From the NCBI GenBank assembly GCA_038227875.1, contig JBBRPR010000021.1, positions 70,999 through 134,998 of the forward strand: a DNA stretch of 64,000 nt, read 5' to 3'. Positions 58,221 to 64,000 of this stretch are shown here, piece after piece. Each line of letters begins with the position of its first letter. Positions within the stretch are counted from its first letter, which is position 1. Under the pieces are notes generated by a model, which saw only the letters and a list, made by a program, of their open reading frames with translations, was not told where the DNA came from and searched no databases. The DNA comes from Planctomycetota bacterium (GTDB lineage: Bacteria > Planctomycetota > SZUA-567 > H5-PLA8). A program made the translations under genes and the position numbers.

Positions 58221-60359
58221 TTGATGCGGCATTCAATGCTTGGTCTGGTGCTCGTTTTTTGCAGCGCGCTCTTCGCGGCCCAGCCCGGGACGACCACGAC
58301 GACGACCGTCAGCCCGAATAGTTCCAGCGGAGGCAATAGTGATCCGAACAGCAGCAATATCTTTCAAACGATCAACGACCAGTTGAAGGTGACACGCAAC
58401 GCTCAGCACGCTGAAGGCTTCGGACCGGTCACCGCGCGGCAGGCGAAAGTCTGCGAAATCTGCAAGCAGCCGCTTTTCAAACACGCCGATCCCAACTTCG
58501 AATGCATTCCCGTCGATGAAGACGGCGAACAGCGCAAGATGATCCGCATTCAGACGCGCGCGGCGCAGTGTCCGGTCTGTTCCAAGGCGCTGATCGGTTC
58601 GCTGGCGGGAAATTACAACAGCAAGGGCGGCAGCGACCGCGATTTCTGCGAGCACAGCCTCGGCCGCTACGCCGTCCATAGCCGCGTCTGGGTCTGTCCG
58701 AACTGCGGCTACGCGGCGCTCTACGAAAATTTCAACACCACGCTCGACGGCAAACCGATCGACGAAGCGACGAAGCAGTACGTCCGCGAGAATCTCTCAA
58801 AGAACATGCTCACCCGCATGTACGACATCGTCGGCCTGATCCCGAAAGCCAACCAGGCGATTCCCGAAGAGCTGCAGGATTTCGGCTCGTACATTCCGCA
58901 GAACGAAATTCCCGACTGGGTGAAATACGAAAACGCGCTGAAGATTTACGAACGCGTCAAGCCGCCGCGCGGGTTCCTGGCCTCCCTTTATCTGGAAGCC
59001 GCGCACGCCAACCGGCGCGAAGTCTGCAGCGAAATCAGCGTCTCCGGCCTGCATAACGCCACGCAGGTGACACTGGGCCGCTCGATCCGCCTCATCAACG
59101 GCTACCTGCAGGGACAGTGCCTGGCCATCCGCCGCCGGCAGGGCGCATCGATTCTGGATCCGACCAAGATGGAGACCGATCCAGAAATTCTCGCGCAGGC
59201 TTGCGGAGAGATCATTCACCTCGGCGAAGAAAACTACGCCACGGCCGCGACGCCCACGCCCGCGGATCAAACTGCGCAGCCCGAACGGTTTTTCTCCAGC
59301 GGCGACATGTTTGTGCTGAATGTCCGCTACGCCGGGATTCTGGACCGGCTCGGCAAACTCGACGACGCCGAACGCACGCTGCGCCGCGCGGCGTCGTACA
59401 TTCCGGATAAAGCCTCGGGGCTTTCGGAAGCAGAGAACACCCCGGCCGCTCAGGAATACTACACGCATCAGGTCAAGCTGATCCGCCTGGTGGTCGACGA
59501 CCGCCTGGCCTGTCTGCAGCGCGAGAAGGATTACCTCTTCAATGCCGCGAAGTTCAATATGCTCGCCATTAAATTGGGCGAAGTGAAATTCGCTGTGGAC
59601 GGACAGGCCGAACAGAGCAAGGTCGCGACACTGGATGCGGCGCCGACCAGCTACCTGCTCGGCGAACTGCTCCGCCGCGCCGGAGAACCCGGTGCCGCGG
59701 CCGTCTGGTTCGACACGGCCGGTTCGGTGGTCGCGCAACGCCTCTCCATTCTGGAAAAACTCACGCCCCAGCGCACACCGCAGCAGTCCGACGAGGAATA
59801 CAAGGAAGCTCAGAACGCACTGACAGCCAAGCGCGAACGCTGGATGATGCTGCGCGATTGGATCAAGGAACAGCGCGCGCTGATCAAGAATCCTCCGCCT
59901 GTCGATGCCAATGTGATGGATTCCGTCAACGTCGTGTTGCAGGCCGAAGGCGTGAACTTGAAATCCGGCCCGGCGTTGGTGCAATCGCCCGTGCGTCCAA
60001 CGACGGATGTCGATCCGAAAAAGGGCCCGGCTCCCGCAGCGCCGACAGGCTCGGGCAAAATCAAGACGCGCGACGAACTCTACAAGTTCTACTACAAGGC
60101 GCTGCTGGCCTATCGCGCGGCCAAGGGCGAAAATCCGCCGACGCTCGCCGACCTCGTCCGTGCCGGTTTCATCACGCGCGAAGATTCCTGCCAGGACGAC
60201 AAGGGCCGCCTCTTCTGTCCGGAGACCGGCGACAAGCTCGGCTACGCCCGCAACTGGGACAAGGGCGACAAGACCGCCGCGGTGATCTGGTCAAGCACCA
60301 ACATGAAGTCCAAGCGGCTCTTCGCCGATGGCTCGATCCGCGACGCGGACGCCAAATAG
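58221..60359 (+). CDS. Exported DUF2225-like zinc-finger/TPR-like protein
   Basis: Signal peptide; CEIC, CPVC...DRDF, VWVCPNCGYAA, YLLGELLRRAG; C-terminal pilin-like segment. Confidence 0.75.
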   Translation: MMRHSMLGLVLVFCSALFAAQPGTTTTTTVSPNSSSGGNSDPNSSNIFQTINDQLKVTRNAQHAEGFGPVTARQAKVCEICKQPLFKHADPNFECIPVDEDGEQRKMIRIQTRAAQCPVCSKALIGSLAGNYNSKGGSDRDFCEHSLGRYAVHSRVWVCPNCGYAALYENFNTTLDGKPIDEATKQYVRENLSKNMLTRMYDIVGLIPKANQAIPEELQDFGSYIPQNEIPDWVKYENALKIYERVKPPRGFLASLYLEAAHANRREVCSEISVSGLHNATQVTLGRSIRLINGYLQGQCLAIRRRQGASILDPTKMETDPEILAQACGEIIHLGEENYATAATPTPADQTAQPERFFSSGDMFVLNVRYAGILDRLGKLDDAERTLRRAASYIPDKASGLSEAENTPAAQEYYTHQVKLIRLVVDDRLACLQREKDYLFNAAKFNMLAIKLGEVKFAVDGQAEQSKVATLDAAPTSYLLGELLRRAGEPGAAAVWFDTAGSVVAQRLSILEKLTPQRTPQQSDEEYKEAQNALTAKRERWMMLRDWIKEQRALIKNPPPVDANVMDSVNVVLQAEGVNLKSGPALVQSPVRPTTDVDPKKGPAPAAPTGSGKIKTRDELYKFYYKALLAYRAAKGENPPTLADLVRAGFITREDSCQDDKGRLFCPETGDKLGYARNWDKGDKTAAVIWSSTNMKSKRLFADGSIRDADAK

Positions 60360-60386
60360 AATCTTCAGGAAGAAAAATTACCCACG

Positions 60387-61262
60387 ATGACGACCTCGAA
60401 TTCGCAAGTCAGTCTGGACGAGTCCTACATGCAATGCGTCAATGTCACCAAGGAGCGCGCGGCGAATTTTCACTTCGCGTTCAAGGTGCTGCCCGAACCG
60501 CGTTACCGCGGCATCTGTGCGCTCTACGCGTTCTCTCGGCTGGCTGACGACATCTCCGACGACGAGGCCGATCTGGAAAAAGCGCGCGAAAACACGCGCG
60601 CGTGGCGCGCCATGTTCGACAAGGCGCTGGTTGGAGACACGTCCGCGCATCCGATTCTGCCGGCTGTCGCCGACACCATGCGCCGCTACACCATTCCGCC
60701 GGTGTACATGCACGAACTGCTCGCCGGCACCGAAATGGATTCCGACAAGAACCGCTACGAAAAGTGGGATGACACGTACCTGTATTGCTACCGCGTCGCG
60801 TCCGTGATCGGGATGATGACCATCCACGTTTTCGGCTTCACCGGCGAGCAGGCGATCCCGCTGGCCGAAAAAACCGGCATCGCGTTTCAGATGACCAACA
60901 TCCTGCGCGATCTGGCCGAAGACGCCGGCCGCAACCGCATCTATCTTCCGCTCGAAGACCTGCGCGCGCTGAACGTCAGCGAAGAGGAACTGATCGCGTC
61001 GAAGGATTCGCCGAAGCTGCGCGCGCTGGTAAAATTCGAACTCGAGCGCACGAAAAAATTCTATGAAGCCGGCCGCGAACTGGTACCGCTGATCGTTCCG
61101 GAAAGCCGCAACGCGCTGGGCAGCCTCGTCGCGATCTACCAGCGCCTGCTGCTGGAGATCGAACGCCGCGAATACGACGTCTGGACCGAACGCGTCTCGC
61201 TCTCGACAGCCGAAAAACTCAAACTCGCCGCGGGCTTCGCGTGGAAACAGTTCCTCGGCTGA
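60387..61262 (+). CDS. Squalene/phytoene synthase family protein (HpnD/CrtB-like)
   Basis: ADDISD, YCYRVAS, AFQMTNILRDLAED, RIYLP. Confidence 0.93.
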   Translation: MTTSNSQVSLDESYMQCVNVTKERAANFHFAFKVLPEPRYRGICALYAFSRLADDISDDEADLEKARENTRAWRAMFDKALVGDTSAHPILPAVADTMRRYTIPPVYMHELLAGTEMDSDKNRYEKWDDTYLYCYRVASVIGMMTIHVFGFTGEQAIPLAEKTGIAFQMTNILRDLAEDAGRNRIYLPLEDLRALNVSEEELIASKDSPKLRALVKFELERTKKFYEAGRELVPLIVPESRNALGSLVAIYQRLLLEIERREYDVWTERVSLSTAEKLKLAAGFAWKQFLG

Positions 61263-62101
61263 CGCCGTTCACGATCCTCTTCGCGACCGATCCGCACGGC
61301 AGCGAATCCGCGTACGACCGTTTGCTCAAGGAAGCCGATCGGACCGCCGCGGATGCCGTGGTGCTCGGCGGCGATCTCACGCCGCACTCCGATCCTCACG
61401 GCCAGGCGCGATTTTTGAAAACATGGCTGCGGCCGCGCCTCGAGAAATTCCGCGCGGGCAATCCCACGATCCGCGTCTTCGGCCTGCTCGGCAACGACGA
61501 TTGGATCGCCAACAATGCGCTCTTTGAAGCGCTCAACACCGACGGCCTGCTCTTCTCGCTGCACCGCAACTGTCACGCGCTGACGCCGGAGCTCTGGATT
61601 GCCGGGTGTTCGTACGTGCCGGTGACGCCGTTTGGCATCAGCGATTGGGACCGGCTCGACTCCGCCGCAAGCATCCCACCGGCCAAGCGGCGCGGTCCGC
61701 TGTTCAGCGACACCGGCAGCATCGAATTGCGCGCGATGGACGAACTGCTCGCGCGCCCCACGATCACCGAGACGCTCACCGAACTCGCCACATTGAGCCC
61801 GCCGGCGCAGACCGTGTATGTGATCCACACGCCGCCGCACAACACGGCGCTGGACATGAAATTCGATCACGAGCACATCGGCAGCGACGCCACGCGGCGC
61901 TTCATTGAGCGTCATCAGCCGCCGCTCACGCTGCATGGCCACATTCACGAATCGTCGGAAGTCAGCGGCTCGATCGTCGACCAGATCGGCCGCACGGTCT
62001 GCCTCAACCCCGGCGACAGTCGCGAGCAACTACGCGCGGTGGTAATTCGCATCGCCGCGGGCGGTGGCGACGATTGCGTTACGTTTGATGTGCTGAAGTA
62101 G
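61241..62101 (+). CDS. Metallophosphoesterase (Icc-related)
   Basis: TDPHG, GGD, GNDD, HTPP, LHGHIHES, NPG. Confidence 0.9.
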   Translation: METVPRLTPFTILFATDPHGSESAYDRLLKEADRTAADAVVLGGDLTPHSDPHGQARFLKTWLRPRLEKFRAGNPTIRVFGLLGNDDWIANNALFEALNTDGLLFSLHRNCHALTPELWIAGCSYVPVTPFGISDWDRLDSAASIPPAKRRGPLFSDTGSIELRAMDELLARPTITETLTELATLSPPAQTVYVIHTPPHNTALDMKFDHEHIGSDATRRFIERHQPPLTLHGHIHESSEVSGSIVDQIGRTVCLNPGDSREQLRAVVIRIAAGGGDDCVTFDVLK

Positions 62102-62651
62102 CGCGTACGCGACCCAGGAGTTCGCACACAAGCCGCGCGATGTTCCAGGCGTCATCGTCGCCGCGATGGTGGCGGCCTTCCATTTTCCATTCGAGCTTGT
62201 CGTAGGCACCATCCAGGCCAATCTCGCGCGGCAGTCCCAACGCCGTCGCAAAGAGCGTTTTGGCGTTAAGGTGCGTCAGACCAAACGGGTAGGTCACGCG
62301 CTGATCCTGGCAGACGCGCTCAAACTGCCGCCGGTCGTAATCGCCCCAACTGGCCCACAACCGTTCGCGTGCCGAGAAGGTTTTCTTCAAGACAGAAACT
62401 GCGTCCGCGAGCGATCCCGCAGACGCAAACATTCCCAGCTCCAGGCTGGTGAGCTGCGTGCAGAATGCGCTGATCTGGGATTTTACGGGCTTGATGAGGA
62501 TGCTCTGCTTCTCGATCCGCTGCAGAGTGGCCACGTCGATGACGCAGATTCCAATCTCTATAATTTCACTCACTTGCCCCGCGGGAGGTTCTCCGTCCCA
62601 GCAGGTTGACTCCACGTCTACGACATTGATTTTGTCCAAGAGCTTTGCCAT
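62079..62651 (-). CDS. DEDDh 3'-5' exonuclease (KapD/ERI-1-like)
   Basis: VDVESTC, EIIEIG, WGDYD, HHRGDDDA. Confidence 0.92.
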   Translation of the reverse strand: MAKLLDKINVVDVESTCWDGEPPAGQVSEIIEIGICVIDVATLQRIEKQSILIKPVKSQISAFCTQLTSLELGMFASAGSLADAVSVLKKTFSARERLWASWGDYDRRQFERVCQDQRVTYPFGLTHLNAKTLFATALGLPREIGLDGAYDKLEWKMEGRHHRGDDDAWNIARLVCELLGRVRATSAHQT

Positions 62652-62789
62652 TTTCCATCCATTCGTTAGTCCGCCTCTTCATCAGCAGTTTGATTTAACT
62701 AACCTCACCGCGTGGACGAAGTCAAATGTGCGGTCACGTCTTTGCCGGAACGTTCTGGTATCGGTTCTGAGCATCGTTAGAAATGAGGC

Positions 62790-63497
62790 ATGGAAAACAC
62801 ATCCGCGCCGTACCATTTCGATCTCGCCAACGGCAAATCCCCCGTCGATGTCCAGGGGGTTTTTAAGGCGGTCTTGCGGAGCAATTTTGATGCTCCGGGT
62901 TTCGCGTTGCTGGACCTGGGAACAGGTCGATCGCCACGCGAGATTCGGCAATTCATGGTCAATATGAAAGCGCAATTGAGCGCAATGTTGCAGCACGCGT
63001 CCGGTCGCCCGCTTCACTACCTCTCGATGGGCCGTTTCGACCAGCAGGTCACGACCAAGTTTCATCTCGACGGCGCGCCGGAAGAATCGGTGCTGATGCT
63101 GGGATACGAGCCCACGCCGATTCACAGCCGGCTGTTCATGGCCGACTACGCAGCCTGTGCGCACGCGAACGGAATTTCGCCCAAGGACTTTCTGCGGGAC
63201 TTCAATCCCATGTTCACGCTCGGCGCGGAGAAGCTGAATGGTTTCGTCACGGAGCTTCGCGAATTCAATCACCAGAATTATAACGTCGTGCTGATCAACA
63301 ATAGTTCTGCGTCCTTTTCGGCAGGCATGCAGGGTGTCATGCACAAAGCTGAAGTCCCCTCCCCCGACCTGGCCCGGCAGCGTATCGTCAACTCGACCAT
63401 GATTTTTGTTGCTGACGCCAATCAACCCGAACCGATTTCGCGTGTGGCTCAAGAGGAGTTCGTCGCCAGCGATCTCGTCAGTCCCCGACTCGCATGA
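62790..63497 (+). CDS. Hypothetical protein, possible Fe(II)/2-oxoglutarate oxygenase fold
   Basis: FHLDG (HxD), LINN...MHKA (distal His), downstream Arg; GAGG SD. Confidence 0.65.
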   Translation: MENTSAPYHFDLANGKSPVDVQGVFKAVLRSNFDAPGFALLDLGTGRSPREIRQFMVNMKAQLSAMLQHASGRPLHYLSMGRFDQQVTTKFHLDGAPEESVLMLGYEPTPIHSRLFMADYAACAHANGISPKDFLRDFNPMFTLGAEKLNGFVTELREFNHQNYNVVLINNSSASFSAGMQGVMHKAEVPSPDLARQRIVNSTMIFVADANQPEPISRVAQEEFVASDLVSPRLA

Positions 63498-63509
63498 ATT
63501 TAAAAAAAG

Positions 63510-63539
63510 CAGGAAGGGCGGCTTTCGCCGCCCTTCCTG
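63510..63539. terminator. Terminator hairpin between convergent genes
   Basis: A tract followed by CAGGAAGGGCGG...CCGCCCTTCCTG. Confidence 0.8.
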
Positions 63540-63566
63540 TTCACGTACCCCTCATAGTGGTGTGGT

Positions 63567-63860
63567 TTAGTATTTGAACTGGCCGACCAGCTTCTGCAGT
63601 TCCGACGCCATCCGTGACAGGTCTGACGCGGAGCGTTGCGTGTCGGAGGCCCCGCTGGTAGTGCTCTTGGCGGCCGTTGCTACGCCCACGATATTTTGTG
63701 CAATTTCCGTTGTGCCCTTCGCGGCTTCCGAGACGTTTCGGGTGATCTCGTTGGTCGTTGCCGTCTGCTCTTCCACGGCGCTGGCGATCGTGTTTGAGAT
63801 ATCGCTGATCTGGCTGATGATCGAGGTGATTTCCACGATGGCCTGCACCGCTCCCTTCGT
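63567..63860 (-). pseudogene. C-terminal fragment of a methyl-accepting chemotaxis protein
   Basis: TKGAVQAI...IASAVEEQTATTNEI...LQKLVGQFKY. Similarity ends near 63860 and an in-frame TGA lies about 29 codons upstream. Confidence 0.8.
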
Positions 63861-64000
63861 TCCGCGGATGTCCCATCCGTTGTTGAAATTGGTTGAACGT
63901 CCGTAGCCGAAACCGAAACGTACCTTCCTTTCACGGCCTCGTCAAGGGGCTCGCTTCGTACTGACCGCTTTGTCTACAGGACAGACGCGGTTTACAATCC

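Noticed and set aside
62079..62101. 23-bp convergent overlap of the phosphoesterase and exonuclease genes as a defence pair
   Set aside because: Short tail-to-tail overlaps are common, and opposite strands give no evidence of a functional link.

Overview
GC-rich bacterial chromosomal window. It is most consistent with a Planctomycetota lineage (inferred from N-terminal zinc-ribbon proteins, ECF sigma factors with membrane extensions, prenyltransferase-repeat proteins, Ser/Thr kinases, and PKD/CARDB and HEAT proteins). About 55 CDSs are supported: core genes (birA, maf, argH, aroDE, P-II, rpsU, zwf/opcA, squalene/phytoene synthase, UDG, AlkA), signalling genes, a sugar ABC transporter and many secreted or membrane proteins of unknown function. 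I found no rRNA, tRNA, CRISPR array or transposase. Main points of interest: (1) a DUF692/MNIO RiPP cluster with a secreted 10-Cys tandem-repeat precursor and a GGA-rich leader; (2) an ECF sigma-pseudopilin fusion gene bracketed by 110-bp REP-like direct repeats (108/110 identical); (3) a ~1-kb non-coding block with a 16-unit, 10-bp phased array, an AT tract and an 83-bp MITE; (4) two small ORFs missing from the ORF track, a 26-aa bS22-like basic peptide and a 47-aa membrane peptide behind an RBS-occluding hairpin; (5) a membrane pseudokinase and a secreted pseudo-trypsin. All family calls come from motif recognition by eye; no database searches were run.
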